Positions 36,465 to 45,941 of a DNA stretch of 64,000 bases are shown here, in pieces (the stretch's first letter is position 1; each line of letters starts with the position of its first letter). The stretch is from Actinomycetes bacterium (GTDB lineage Bacteria > Actinomycetota > Actinomycetes > S36-B12), in the NCBI GenBank assembly GCA_037130755.1, contig JBAXSI010000010.1, positions 16,351-80,350 on the forward strand, in the 5' to 3' direction. Position numbers and translations under genes: made by a program. The notes under the pieces are model-generated. The model did not search any database. It was not told the DNA's origin and saw nothing but the letters and a program-made list of their open reading frames with translations.

Positions 36465-36935
36465 CTAGTCGGAGATCTCCAGCAGGACGGTGATCGGCCC
36501 GTCGTTCGTCAGTGCGACCTGCATGTCGGCGCCGAAGATGCCGGTGCTGACAGTGGCCCCGCGCTCGCGCAGCCTGGCGACCACGGCGTCGACCAGCGGC
36601 TCGGCCACCGGCCTGGGCGCAGCGGCATCCCAAGTCGGGCGACGGCCCTTCTTCGTCTCGCCGTACAACGTGAACTGGCTGACGACGAGCACCGGGAGTC
36701 CGAGGTCTGATGCCGCAAGTTCTCGCGATGCATCGGCGGGGAGTTCGTCGGACGCGTGCGAGGCGTCGAAGATGCGCAGGTCGTAGAGCTTGTCGGCCAT
36801 TCGAGCGGCGCGACTGGCCGTGTCGTCGTGGGTCACCCCGACGAGCACCGTCAGGCCCGGACCTTCGAAGGAGCCCACCACCGTCCCATCGACGACGACC
36901 GAGGCTCCCCGACTTCGCTGTACGACTGCTCGCAT
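36465..36935 (-). CDS. dtd: D-aminoacyl-tRNA deacylase
   Basis: [23 protein letters not shown]. Confidence 0.96.
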   Translation of the reverse strand: MRAVVQRSRGASVVVDGTVVGSFEGPGLTVLVGVTHDDTASRAARMADKLYDLRIFDASHASDELPADASRELAASDLGLPVLVVSQFTLYGETKKGRRPTWDAAAPRPVAEPLVDAVVARLRERGATVSTGIFGADMQVALTNDGPITVLLEISD

Positions 36936-36960
36936 GGCGGCAGCGTGCCATCATGCGCCG

Positions 36961-37917
36961 ATGACGTCACACTCCGGCCCTGCCGTTCTGGCCACCTACA
37001 CGCGCAGCGGCTTCGTGGAGGGTGCGCATCACGGCTACGTCGTGGTGGTCGATCCGCACGGCTCGGTGGTGCGGTCGTGGGGCAACCCCGAGCACGTGAT
37101 CTTCCCGCGCTCGTCCAACAAGCCGGCCCAGGCGACCGCCATGCTGGAGGCGGGCCTGGATGTGCCCGAGCACCTGGTCGCCCTCGCGGCCTCCTCGCAC
37201 AGCGGTGAGCAAAGGCATCTGGACGGCGTGGCCGAACTCCTGGCGCTGGGCGGCCTGACGGCGGACGCACTCCAGACCCCACCGGACTTCCCACTCGACG
37301 AGCAGGAGCGCGACGCCTGGGTGCGGGCGGGCTCGGCGCCGGCCCCCCGCGCCATGAACTGCTCGGGCAAGCACTCGGGCATGCTCGTCACCTGCGCCGG
37401 GAAAGGCTGGTCCATCGAGACGTACCGCGAACCTGAGCACCCGCTGCAGGTGGCGGTGCGGGCCTCGGTGGAGCGCCTCGCCGGCGAGCCGGTCGAGCAC
37501 GTGGGGGTGGACGGCTGCGGGGCGCCCGTGATGAGCCTGACGATGGCCGGGCTGGCGCGAACCTTGTCGCGGGCCGTCCAGGCCGCGCCGGGCTCCCCGG
37601 AGCGGCGGGTGGCGGACGCCATGCGGGCTTACCCGGAGATGGTCGGCGGCTCGCGCCGCGACGTGACGGCCTTCATGCGGGCGGTGCCCGGACTGGTCGC
37701 CAAGGATGGCGCCGAGGGCGTCTACGTGGCCGCGCTGCCCGATGGAACGGGGATCGCCATCAAGGTCGACGACGGTGCCGATCGGGCCCGTCAGGTGGTC
37801 CTGGCCAGCCTCCTCGTGGATCTCGGGGTTGACCCTGCGGTACTGACCGACCTGAGCTCAGTGCCGTTGCACGGGGGCGGGAACGTCGTCGGGGAGGTCC
37901 GCCCGGCGCTCGGGTGA
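36961..37917 (+). CDS. L-asparaginase II family (AnsA, Rhizobium-type) protein
   Basis: RSG..E..H, PRSSNKP.QA, SSHSGE, NCSGKH, DGCGAP, AKDGAEG. Confidence 0.9.
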   Translation: MTSHSGPAVLATYTRSGFVEGAHHGYVVVVDPHGSVVRSWGNPEHVIFPRSSNKPAQATAMLEAGLDVPEHLVALAASSHSGEQRHLDGVAELLALGGLTADALQTPPDFPLDEQERDAWVRAGSAPAPRAMNCSGKHSGMLVTCAGKGWSIETYREPEHPLQVAVRASVERLAGEPVEHVGVDGCGAPVMSLTMAGLARTLSRAVQAAPGSPERRVADAMRAYPEMVGGSRRDVTAFMRAVPGLVAKDGAEGVYVAALPDGTGIAIKVDDGADRARQVVLASLLVDLGVDPAVLTDLSSVPLHGGGNVVGEVRPALG

Positions 37918-37926
37918 CGAAAGTCA

Positions 37927-37979
37927 TGCTAACTCCCGCTAGCACGCGTGTTTGCAATTGCAAGCACTTGGGGCATACT
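37927..37979. promoter_or_regulatory. putative autoregulatory operator/promoter of XRE gene
   Basis: Palindrome TTGCAATTGCAA (37952-37963), TGCTA/TAGCA arms, -10 CATACT 6 nt before GTG 37986. Confidence 0.5.
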
Positions 37980-37985
37980 TGACGT

Positions 37986-38408
37986 GTGGCTCGTATCGAC
38001 GTAGGCGGACTCGGGGACTTCATCCGCGACCAGCGTGATCAGGCGCAGATGTCCCTTCGCCAACTGGCGAAGGCCGCCGACGTCTCGAACCCCTACCTCA
38101 GCCAGGTGGAGCGCGGACTGCGCAAGCCGAGTGCTGAGATTCTCAACCGCATCGCCCAGGGCCTGCGCATCTCCGCCGAGCAGTTGTACGTCCAGGCGGG
38201 GATCCTCGACCAGCGCGAGGGGGATGAGGCCGTCACGACGGCTATCGCGGCCGACACGACGATCACCGAGCGGCAGCGCACGACGCTGCTGCAGATCTAC
38301 GCGGCTTTCCAGTCCGAGAACCGGGCGCAAGCCGAACGCGAAGAGGCCGAAACCGCGGCCGCCGGCGACGACGCCGAGGACGAAACGCACACCCGAGAGG
38401 AAATCTGA
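37986..38408 (+). CDS. XRE-family HTH regulator (Rv0474-like)
   Basis: MSLRQLA..ADVSNPYLSQVERGLRKPSAE, LRISAEQLYVQAGIL. Confidence 0.92.
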   Translation: MARIDVGGLGDFIRDQRDQAQMSLRQLAKAADVSNPYLSQVERGLRKPSAEILNRIAQGLRISAEQLYVQAGILDQREGDEAVTTAIAADTTITERQRTTLLQIYAAFQSENRAQAEREEAETAAAGDDAEDETHTREEI

Positions 38409-38953
38409 TGACCACCGAGAGCACCCCTGCTCGCCCCACCGCGCGCGTGAAGAAGACGTCCGCCAAGGCCGCCACCACCGCGAAGACCACCACGGTCAAG
38501 GCTGCCAGCGCGACCAAGAAGAGCGCCACCAAGGCCACGAGCAAGGCGACGACCGCCGCGAAGACCACCACCGCCAAGGTCGCCGAGGCGACGACCGGCA
38601 CCAGCTCGCGCTTCTCCTTGCACGGCGTCGACATGTCGAAGCTGGACCTCAGCAAGCTCGACCTGCGCAAGCTCGACCTCAGCAAGCTCGACCTGCGCAA
38701 GATGGAGATGCCGAAGTTCGAGATGCCGAAGTTCGAGATGCCCAGCGTGAAGATGCCTGAGGTCAAGGTCCCGGACGTGAAGATGCCTGAGGTCAAGGTC
38801 CCCGAGGTCAAGATGCCGGACGTGAAGATGCCCGACGTCGACGTGTCCGCGATGACCACGCAGACCCGCGACAAGATGTCCGGCGCCGCCAAGTCCGCTC
38901 AGGGCAGCCTGACGCACGCCGTGACGCTCCTGCGTGAGGCGATCGGAGTCTGA
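38408..38953 (+). CDS. low-complexity protein: Lys/Ala/Thr-rich N-terminus + 15 pentapeptide repeats, at the hbhA syntenic position
   Basis: TGATG coupling to XRE gene, GAGG RBS, strong GC3 bias; lies between Rv0474-like and DUF2516 genes. Confidence 0.85.
   Translation: MTTESTPARPTARVKKTSAKAATTAKTTTVKAASATKKSATKATSKATTAAKTTTAKVAEATTGTSSRFSLHGVDMSKLDLSKLDLRKLDLSKLDLRKMEMPKFEMPKFEMPSVKMPEVKVPDVKMPEVKVPEVKMPDVKMPDVDVSAMTTQTRDKMSGAAKSAQGSLTHAVTLLREAIGV
38624..38848 (+). repeat. coding 15-nt tandem repeats (KLDLS/R, KFEMP, (E/D)VK(M/V)P)
   Basis: AAGCTCGACCT.. units and 30-nt GTGAAGATGCCTGAGGTCAAGGTCCC duplication. Confidence 0.9.
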
Positions 38954-38967
38954 CCGCAGCAACCTGG

Positions 38968-39001
38968 AGGAAGGGCGGGCCCAAGCGGGCCCGCCCTTCC
39001 T
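38968..39001 (+). terminator. hairpin terminator
   Basis: AGGAAGGGCGGGCCC-aagc-GGGCCCGCCCTTCCT, 15-bp perfect stem. Confidence 0.85.
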
Positions 39002-39017
39002 GCGTTAACGTGGAGGG

Positions 39018-39305
39018 ATGTTCGGAAACGTTCAGGACCTTGTCCTTCTTGCGCTATGGGTCATCACCCTGGCCCTGAAGGGCTATGCCTTCATCGACTG
39101 CCTGCGTCGGCCGCAGCAGGCCTTCCCCGCCGTGGGTCGCCAGACGAAGATCCTGTGGCTGGCCATCACCGCCATCGCGGCGCTGACCGGACTCCTGCCC
39201 AGCATGACCCTCAACCTCATCGGCATCGCTGGAACAGTCGTCGCGCTGGTGTACCTGTTCGACGTGCGCACCAAGATCATCGACATCACGTCCAATCGCT
39301 GGTAG
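39018..39305 (+). CDS. DUF2516 membrane protein
   Basis: AF.A.GRQTK..WL.I, VALVYLFDVR. Confidence 0.88.
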   Translation: MFGNVQDLVLLALWVITLALKGYAFIDCLRRPQQAFPAVGRQTKILWLAITAIAALTGLLPSMTLNLIGIAGTVVALVYLFDVRTKIIDITSNRW

Positions 39306-39307
39306 CC

Positions 39308-39844
39308 ATGCTCGTCGAGGTGGTCCAGGGGGACATCACCGCGCACGACGTGGACGCGATCGTCAACGCCGCCAACTCCTCGCTCCTCGGCGGTGGAGGC
39401 GTCGATGGGGCCATCCATGCTGCCGCCGGCCCGGCGCTCGTCGAGGCCTGCCGCGACCTGCGAAGCACTGCCCTGCCGAACGGCCTGCCTGCGGGCCAGG
39501 CGGTCGCCACCACGGCCGGCGACCTCCGCGCCCATCACGTGATCCACACCGTCGGTCCGAAGCATTGGGAGCATCCGGACGGGGGTGCTGCACTTCTTGC
39601 CCAATGCCACCTGAGCAGCCTCGACGTCGCCGACGCCCTCGGCGTGCGAACGATTGCCTTCCCCGCGATCTCGTGCGGCGTCTACGGATGGTCGCCTGGT
39701 GACGCTGCTCCGATCGCGATCGGGGCCGTGCTCGACTTCGCGGCGGCACACCCGGACACGTCGATCACTGAGGTTCGCTTCGTTATGTTCAACGACGAGG
39801 CGTTCGACGCCTTCGAGACTGCGCGGCGATCAGCCGTCGAGTGA
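39308..39844 (+). CDS. macrodomain protein (O-acetyl-ADP-ribose deacetylase, YmdB-like)
   Basis: GDIT, AIVNAANSSLLGGGGVDGAIH, HTVGP, FPAISCGVYG. Confidence 0.95.
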   Translation: MLVEVVQGDITAHDVDAIVNAANSSLLGGGGVDGAIHAAAGPALVEACRDLRSTALPNGLPAGQAVATTAGDLRAHHVIHTVGPKHWEHPDGGAALLAQCHLSSLDVADALGVRTIAFPAISCGVYGWSPGDAAPIAIGAVLDFAAAHPDTSITEVRFVMFNDEAFDAFETARRSAVE

Positions 39845-40567
39845 GACCCTGATCCGGCGGAAGCCCTTGCCCTTGTTCTCGACCTTGACCACGGTGATGC
39901 GGCCGATCTGCTGAGTCGTCGCGACATGCGTGCCGCCATCGGCCTGGACATCGAGTCCGCTGATGTCGACGATGCGCACGATCTCGATCGTCGGCGGCAG
40001 CAGGTTCGTGGCCGTCCGGATGACGTCCGGTATCGCGAACGCCTCCTCACGCGACAGCTCGTACGCGGATATCGCGCGATCGACGGAGACCTCGACATTG
40101 CAGGCTTCCTCGACGGCCTCCTTGAACCCCGGCGGGACCTCGTCGAGGTTGAAGTCCAGCCGGCCGGAGAGCGGGTCCATGTTGGAGCCGGTCACCAGTG
40201 CGCCGAAGTCGCGGAACACGACGCCTGACAGCAGGTGGAGTCCGGAGTGCGTCCGCATGAGTGCGGTGCGTCGATCGTCCTCGATCGCACCCGACACGAC
40301 AGTGCCCACCGGCGGCAGCGGATCGTCATCGAGCGGCACCAGCCACAGGTCATCCCGGCGGCGCGCGTCGACGATGCGGGTCTGCACTCCGCCCCACAGC
40401 AGGACACCGTGGTCCGGCGGCTGGCCGCCGCCGCCCGGGTAGAACGCGGAGCGGTCCAGGACGATGCCCTGCTCGGGATCGCTCGCGACGACGATCGCCT
40501 CCCACTCGCGCAGGGCCGAGTCATCTAGCTCCAGGCGCGTGGTGCGGCCGTGCGTGCTCGCGCCCAC
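39830..40567 (-). CDS. AlaX-type trans-editing protein
   Basis: FYPGGGGQP.D.G, RTHSGLH (HxxxH), QADGGTHV in place of CGGTH. Confidence 0.9.
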   Translation of the reverse strand: MGASTHGRTTRLELDDSALREWEAIVVASDPEQGIVLDRSAFYPGGGGQPPDHGVLLWGGVQTRIVDARRRDDLWLVPLDDDPLPPVGTVVSGAIEDDRRTALMRTHSGLHLLSGVVFRDFGALVTGSNMDPLSGRLDFNLDEVPPGFKEAVEEACNVEVSVDRAISAYELSREEAFAIPDVIRTATNLLPPTIEIVRIVDISGLDVQADGGTHVATTQQIGRITVVKVENKGKGFRRIRVSLDG

Positions 40568-40570
40568 GCG

Positions 40571-41338
40571 CTACTTCTTTCCCTGCGCGGCGACCGCCGC
40601 GATCGCCTCTGCCGCAGCGTCGGGGTCGAGGTACTCTCCGCCGCGTACGAGTGGCTTCAGGTTCTCGTCGAGGCGGTAGACCAGCGGGATCCCGGTGGGG
40701 ATGTTGAGCCCGGCGATGTCATCGTCGGAGATGCCGTCGAGGTGCTTGACCAGCGCGCGCAGCGAGTTGCCGTGTGCCACGACGAGGACCGTCATGCCCG
40801 CGCGCAGGTGCTCGGCCACGATCACGTCCTGCCAGTAGGGGATGAGCCGCTCCACGACGTCAGCCAGGCACTCGGTGGACGGACGCGCCTCCGGCGGGAG
40901 TGCGGCGTAGCGGGGGTCATGCGTCTGCGCCCACGGGTCTTCAGGATCGATGGGTGGGGGCGGGGTGTCGTACGAGCGGCGCCAGAGCATGAACTGCTCC
41001 TCGCCGTAAGCCTCGAGGGTCTCCTTCTTGTTCTTGCCCTGCAGGGCGCCGTAGTGCCGCTCGTTGAGACGCCAGTTGCGCACGACGGGAAGCCACATGC
41101 GGTCGCTGGCCTCGAGCGCGATCTGCGCGGTCTTGATCGCGCGCTTCAGCAGCGACGTGTGCACGATGTCGGGCAGGATGCCGGCCTCTGCGAGCAGGCG
41201 GCCGCCGCGCTCAGCCTCGGCCTTGCCCTTGTCGTTCAGGTCGACATCGACCCAGCCGGTGAACAGGTTCTTGGCGTTCCATTCGCTCTCGCCGTGGCGG
41301 AGCAGGATCAACGTGTAGGGCGCGGCTGCATTGGTCAT
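40571..41338 (-). CDS. gpmA: 2,3-BPG-dependent phosphoglycerate mutase
   Basis: [30 protein letters not shown]. Confidence 0.97.
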   Translation of the reverse strand: MTNAAAPYTLILLRHGESEWNAKNLFTGWVDVDLNDKGKAEAERGGRLLAEAGILPDIVHTSLLKRAIKTAQIALEASDRMWLPVVRNWRLNERHYGALQGKNKKETLEAYGEEQFMLWRRSYDTPPPPIDPEDPWAQTHDPRYAALPPEARPSTECLADVVERLIPYWQDVIVAEHLRAGMTVLVVAHGNSLRALVKHLDGISDDDIAGLNIPTGIPLVYRLDENLKPLVRGGEYLDPDAAAEAIAAVAAQGKK

Positions 41339-41364
41339 GCGTCCATCCTGCCGCATCCGCGTGC

Positions 41365-41889
41365 CTAGTCCTCAGGTGCCTGCGGCTCCGCCAGGTGCGC
41401 GAATGCCTCGAGGTTCACGGTGGACTCGCCGCGCGAAGTGCGCCAGGCCCACTCCTTGCGAATGGCCGTGGCGAACCCCAGCTCGAGGATGGTGTTGAAG
41501 GACCGGTCGGCGTACTCCAGCACCGATCCGATCACGCGGTCGAGTTCGCCGCCGTCGACCGCATGCAGCGGGAGATGGCCCACCAGGTAGATGTCGCCGA
41601 GGTGGTCGATGGCGAAGGACACCCCGTACATCCGACGGTTCCGCTCGAGCAGCCACCGGTATACGGCCTCGTGGTCCTCGTCAGGGTTGCGGGCCACGAA
41701 GGCGTTGATGGTGACCGACTGAGCGCCCACGGTGAGCGCGGCCGTGGTCCGCAGCTTGTGCTCGCCCGGAAGTGTCAGCACGAACACGTCGTCACTGGGC
41801 CGCTCGAACACGATGGCGCCGTCCTCGAGAAACGTCGCGATGGTCGCCTGGACTTCCGCAGGCGTCGGGGACTCGGGGGAGGTGGTCAC
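41365..41889 (-). CDS. YbjN-domain protein (Rv0487-like)
   Basis: [35 protein letters not shown]; mshA-gpmA synteny. Confidence 0.88.
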   Translation of the reverse strand: MTTSPESPTPAEVQATIATFLEDGAIVFERPSDDVFVLTLPGEHKLRTTAALTVGAQSVTINAFVARNPDEDHEAVYRWLLERNRRMYGVSFAIDHLGDIYLVGHLPLHAVDGGELDRVIGSVLEYADRSFNTILELGFATAIRKEWAWRTSRGESTVNLEAFAHLAEPQAPED

Positions 41890-43181
41890 GACGAGACAGC
41901 GGCGAGCTGCCCGCGTTGCCGAGCGTTGCCCAGGGCGGCCGAGTAGCTCGAGAGCAGCCCGGCCGTGGTGGCTGCCCAGCCGAAGGACGCCGCGTGCATG
42001 CGGGCGCCGTGGCTCAGCTCCTGGCGGAGGAGGGGCTGGCTGGTGATGCGGGCGATGGCCGTGGCGAAGTCCCGCGGATCGTGGCCGTCGATGAGCAGCC
42101 CGCTGACCTGGTCGGCCACGGCGGTGCGAAGGCCGCCGACGGCGGCCGCCACGACCGGGGTGCCGCAGGCCTGGGCCTCGACGGCCACGAGCCCGAACGA
42201 CTCCGAATGCGAGGGCACCACGGCCACATCGGCGGCGCGGTACCACTCCACCAGGGCGGCGCGGTCGGTCGGCGGCTCGAACCGGATGAGTTCGAGAATG
42301 CCGAGCGACCGAGCGAGGTCCATCAGGGCGGTCGGCTGGTCGAGCCCGCTCCCGGACGGGCCACCACAGATCGCGACGACGAGGCGCGCGCGCAGCGACG
42401 GGTCCCGCGCCACGAGCTCGGCGGCGGCGCGGATCAGGACATCGGGCGCCTTCAGCGGCTGGATGCGGCCCACGAACAGCAGTACGACGGCGTCGTCGGC
42501 CAGACCCCGTGCGGCTCGCGCCCTGGTCCGGCTGCCGATCGTGAACAGGTCCAGGTCCACGCCGGGGTGCACGACGTCCACGGCGTCGGGATCGGCCAAG
42601 TAGAGATCGATGAGCTCGGTGGCCTCGTCGCTGGTGTTGGCAACAAGCCGGTCCGCCGCGGCTACGACCTGCTGCTCGCCGATGACGCGCATCTCCGGCT
42701 CGGGTCGGTCACCCTCGGCGAGGTCGCGGTTCTTGACCTTGGCCATGGTGTGCATCGAGTGCACGAGGGGTACGTTCCAACGCTCCTTCGCCAGCCACCC
42801 GACCTGGCCGGACAGCCAGTAGTGCGAGTGGATCAGGTCGAACCAGCCCTCAGGCCTGGCCGCCTCGGCGCGCATGACGCCGGCCGTCACGGCGCACAAC
42901 TGGCCGGGCAGGTCCTGCTTGAGCAGGCCCTCGAATGGTCCGGCCGTGACGTGCCGGACGGTGACGCCAGGCGCCATCTCGATGACGGTGGGCAGGGCGG
43001 AGGACGTGGAGCGCGTGAAGATCTCGACCTCGACGCCGGACTGGGCAAGGCGCTTGGCCGTCTCGACCACGTACACGTTCATGCCGCCGGCGTCGCCGGT
43101 GCCCGGCTGGTCGAGGGGTGAAGTGTGGATCGAGAGGACGGCCACGCGCCGGGGAAGGGTCCCGCGGCGGGCATCGGACAT
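41886..43181 (-). CDS. mshA: D-inositol-3-phosphate glycosyltransferase
   Basis: [51 protein letters not shown]. Confidence 0.96.
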   Translation of the reverse strand: MSDARRGTLPRRVAVLSIHTSPLDQPGTGDAGGMNVYVVETAKRLAQSGVEVEIFTRSTSSALPTVIEMAPGVTVRHVTAGPFEGLLKQDLPGQLCAVTAGVMRAEAARPEGWFDLIHSHYWLSGQVGWLAKERWNVPLVHSMHTMAKVKNRDLAEGDRPEPEMRVIGEQQVVAAADRLVANTSDEATELIDLYLADPDAVDVVHPGVDLDLFTIGSRTRARAARGLADDAVVLLFVGRIQPLKAPDVLIRAAAELVARDPSLRARLVVAICGGPSGSGLDQPTALMDLARSLGILELIRFEPPTDRAALVEWYRAADVAVVPSHSESFGLVAVEAQACGTPVVAAAVGGLRTAVADQVSGLLIDGHDPRDFATAIARITSQPLLRQELSHGARMHAASFGWAATTAGLLSSYSAALGNARQRGQLAAVSS

Positions 43182-43229
43182 GCTCGACAGCGTCGCCATG
43201 CCTGTCACCGCCCTCCTCGTCCGGTTCGA

Positions 43230-43256
43230 CAACCGTCGAGAAGTCTCCCGTATTCC
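43230..43256 (-). promoter_or_regulatory. SigR/SigH-type promoter GGAAT-N18-GTT upstream of mshA
   Basis: Minus strand GGAAT (43256-43252), 18-nt spacer, GTTG (43233-43230); mshA is an established sigmaR target. Confidence 0.75.
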
Positions 43257-43277
43257 CCACGAAAGGGCTACCGGGCC

Positions 43278-43940
43278 TCAGGTGAGGGTGACTCCCGCGT
43301 AGGGAGCGCCCGTGACGATGGTGATGACCCGCTTCGTGACCGACACCGCGTGGTCGGCGTACCGCTCGTAGTAACGCGAAAGCAAGGTCACGTCGATCGC
43401 TGCCTCGACCCCGTGGGACCAGGACTTCGACAGCACGATGGTGAACAGCTCGCGGTGCAGTCGGTCGACCTCCACGTCGTGACGGGCGATGTCTGCGGCG
43501 AGGGACACGTCGCGCGTAGCGATGACCGAGCCGGTCTTCGACACGATCGCCTCGGCGAGGCCGCCCATCTCGGCGAACGTGCCGCGCAGTTCGACGGGGA
43601 TGGACAGTTTCGGGTATCGCAGTCGGGACTGCTTGGCCACGTGCTCGGCGAGGTCGCCCATGCGTTCGAGGGACGAGGCGATCCGCAGTGCGCCGACGAC
43701 GACCCGGAGGCTATCGGCGTCAGGATGCAGCGTCGCGATGATCTCCAGGCAGCGTTCCTCGATGTCGGAGGTCAGCATGTCGATCCGGGCGTCGGCATCG
43801 ATGACCGACTCGGCGAGCGGCAGGTCGGCGTCGAGGAGCGCCTGCGTGGCCCTGTTCATCGCCGACCCGACCAAGTTCGTCATCTGAACGAGCTCGTCGT
43901 AGATCGTGTCCAGTTCCCCGGCATACGGCGACTCGGTCAT
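43278..43940 (-). CDS. phoU: phosphate signalling protein PhoU
   Basis: LERMGDLAEHVAK, VDRLH, RYYERYADHAV. Confidence 0.95.
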   Translation of the reverse strand: MTESPYAGELDTIYDELVQMTNLVGSAMNRATQALLDADLPLAESVIDADARIDMLTSDIEERCLEIIATLHPDADSLRVVVGALRIASSLERMGDLAEHVAKQSRLRYPKLSIPVELRGTFAEMGGLAEAIVSKTGSVIATRDVSLAADIARHDVEVDRLHRELFTIVLSKSWSHGVEAAIDVTLLSRYYERYADHAVSVTKRVITIVTGAPYAGVTLT

Positions 43941-43983
43941 GGTCAGGAAGCGTAGGCCACGGCGGTACGCGGATGCGCCGACC

Positions 43984-44035
43984 GGATGAATGGCCGGCGA
44001 CGGGGAGGTGAAATCCGTGTGCCGGACGCTGAATT
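43984..44035. promoter_or_regulatory. putative PHO/RegX3 boxes
   Basis: TGAA cores at 43987, 44009 and 44030 (about 22-nt period; TTCA on minus strand) between divergent phoU and senX3. Confidence 0.5.
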
Positions 44036-44106
44036 GTGGACGAATCATGTGCGGTAGGACACGGCGCTGGTCACGGCCGACTCGTTGGCGCACCTATCCT
44101 TCAGGT

Positions 44107-45255
44107 GTGCCTCGACGCCACCGATCGAACGCCGCTGCCTCCGACGGGACGGTAGGACGGCGTCCGGCCACCCACGAGCCGGCCGTCCCGGATGAAGTCA
44201 TCCGTGTCCTGAGCGTTCTTCCCTCGGCCACCTTGGTGGTCGCACCGGACGGCGTCGTCCTGCGATCGAGTTCGCGCGCGCTGGCGCTGGGCCTGGTGAA
44301 CCGCAGCCGAGTGACGATTCCGGACATCGTGCACCTGATCGAGCGGGCCGCTGACGACGGTCACGCCCGCGAGCAGGAGATGCGAGTCCGCCGCCCACCG
44401 CTGGGGCGCGAACTGCTGGAGATCCGCGTGCGCGTCGCGCCCCTGGGCACGGGCGCCATCCTCGTGCTCATCGACGACCTCGCCGAAGAGCGTCGCGTGG
44501 ACGTGGTGCGCCGCGACTTCGTCGCCAACGTCAGCCATGAGCTCAAGACCCCGGTGGGTGCGCTGTCGCTGTTGGCCGAAGCCGTCCTGGCCGCCAGCGA
44601 TGACCCCGAGCAGGTGCGGCACTTCGCCGAGCGGATGCAGGCGGAGGCCGGTCGGCTCAGCCACCTCATCCAGGACGTCATCGACCTCTCGCGGCTGCAG
44701 GGCGACGACCCCCTCACGCGGGCCGAGGTCGTCGACGTCGACGACCTGGTGTCCCGCGCCATCGAGGAGACGCGGACGCTTGCGACCCCTCAGGACATCG
44801 AGCTCGTCACGGGCGATCGGTCGGGAACCGTCGTCTACGGCGACAAGAGCCAGCTCCTCACGGCATTGCGCAATCTGATCACCAACGCCATCGCCTACTC
44901 GCCTGGGCACACACGCGTCTCCGTCAGCGTGCGTGCGGCTGAGTCACTCGTCGAGATCTCGGTCAAGGATCAGGGGATTGGGATCCCGGTCAACGACCTC
45001 GACCGCATTTTCGAGCGGTTCTACCGCGTCGACCCCGCTCGGTCGCGCGTCACGGGTGGTACTGGCCTGGGCCTGGCGATCGTCAAGCACGTGTGCCAGA
45101 ACCATGGCGGAGAGTGCACGGTGTGGTCTGAGCCTGGGGTGGGATCGACGTTCACGCTGAGGCTGCCCGCGTACCAGCTGACGTCGCCGTTCGGCCGAGA
45201 CGGCCGCGAACTGGAGATCGACGTACTGTCGGTCCCGTCTGGGGAGGTCCAGTAA
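44107..45255 (+). CDS. senX3: SenX3/PhoR-type sensor histidine kinase
   Basis: FVANVSHELKTP, NL..NAIAYS, DQGIG, FERFYRVD.ARSR.TGGTGLGL; -10 TATCCT 6 nt before GTG 44107. Confidence 0.9.
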   Translation: MPRRHRSNAAASDGTVGRRPATHEPAVPDEVIRVLSVLPSATLVVAPDGVVLRSSSRALALGLVNRSRVTIPDIVHLIERAADDGHAREQEMRVRRPPLGRELLEIRVRVAPLGTGAILVLIDDLAEERRVDVVRRDFVANVSHELKTPVGALSLLAEAVLAASDDPEQVRHFAERMQAEAGRLSHLIQDVIDLSRLQGDDPLTRAEVVDVDDLVSRAIEETRTLATPQDIELVTGDRSGTVVYGDKSQLLTALRNLITNAIAYSPGHTRVSVSVRAAESLVEISVKDQGIGIPVNDLDRIFERFYRVDPARSRVTGGTGLGLAIVKHVCQNHGGECTVWSEPGVGSTFTLRLPAYQLTSPFGRDGRELEIDVLSVPSGEVQ

Positions 45256-45935
45256 TGACGCGCGTACTCGTGGTCGAGGACGAGGAATCGTTCTCCGAGG
45301 CACTGTCCTTCATGCTGCGGCGCGAGGGCTACGAAGTCGAGGTCGCCGGTGACGGCAATGTGGCGGTCGAGCTTTTCGAACAACGTGGCGCCGACCTGAT
45401 CCTTCTCGACCTCATGCTGCCCGGCCTGTCCGGCACCGAGGTGTGCCGCCACATTCGGACCAAGTCGCAGGTTCCGATCATCATGCTCACGGCCAAGGAC
45501 GGCGAGATCGACAAGGTCGTCGGGCTCGAGATCGGTGCCGACGACTACGTGACCAAGCCCTTCTCGTCGCGGGAGCTCCTGGCCCGTGTTCGTGCGGTGC
45601 TCCGCCGTCATGGCGAGCCCGAGGATCTCGTTCCGATGACGATCGAGGCAGGTCCGGTGCGCATCGACGCAGACCGTCACCTGGTGACCGTGCGGGGTGA
45701 GGCCGTGCAGATGCCTCTGAAGGAGTTCGACCTCCTTGAGTTCCTCGTGCGCAACTCAGGCCGGGTGCTCACGCGCTCGCAGCTCATCGACCGCGTCTGG
45801 GGATCGGACTACGTCGGCGACACCAAGACGCTGGACGTGCACGTGAAGCGGCTGCGCGCCAAGGTCGAGGTCGATCCGGCTAACCCCGTGCACCTCATCA
45901 CCGTGCGAGGGCTCGGCTACAAGTACGAGGCGTAG
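45255..45935 (+). CDS. regX3: RegX3/PhoP-type response regulator
   Basis: VLVVEDE, LLDLMLPG, MPLKEFDLL, VWGSDYVGDTKTLDVHVKRLR. Confidence 0.94.
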   Translation: MTRVLVVEDEESFSEALSFMLRREGYEVEVAGDGNVAVELFEQRGADLILLDLMLPGLSGTEVCRHIRTKSQVPIIMLTAKDGEIDKVVGLEIGADDYVTKPFSSRELLARVRAVLRRHGEPEDLVPMTIEAGPVRIDADRHLVTVRGEAVQMPLKEFDLLEFLVRNSGRVLTRSQLIDRVWGSDYVGDTKTLDVHVKRLRAKVEVDPANPVHLITVRGLGYKYEA

Positions 45936-45941
45936 ACCTCG

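Noticed and set aside
38624-38848. Periodic DNA repeats as a CRISPR array
   Set aside because: 15-nt in-frame coding repeats with no spacers and no cas genes.
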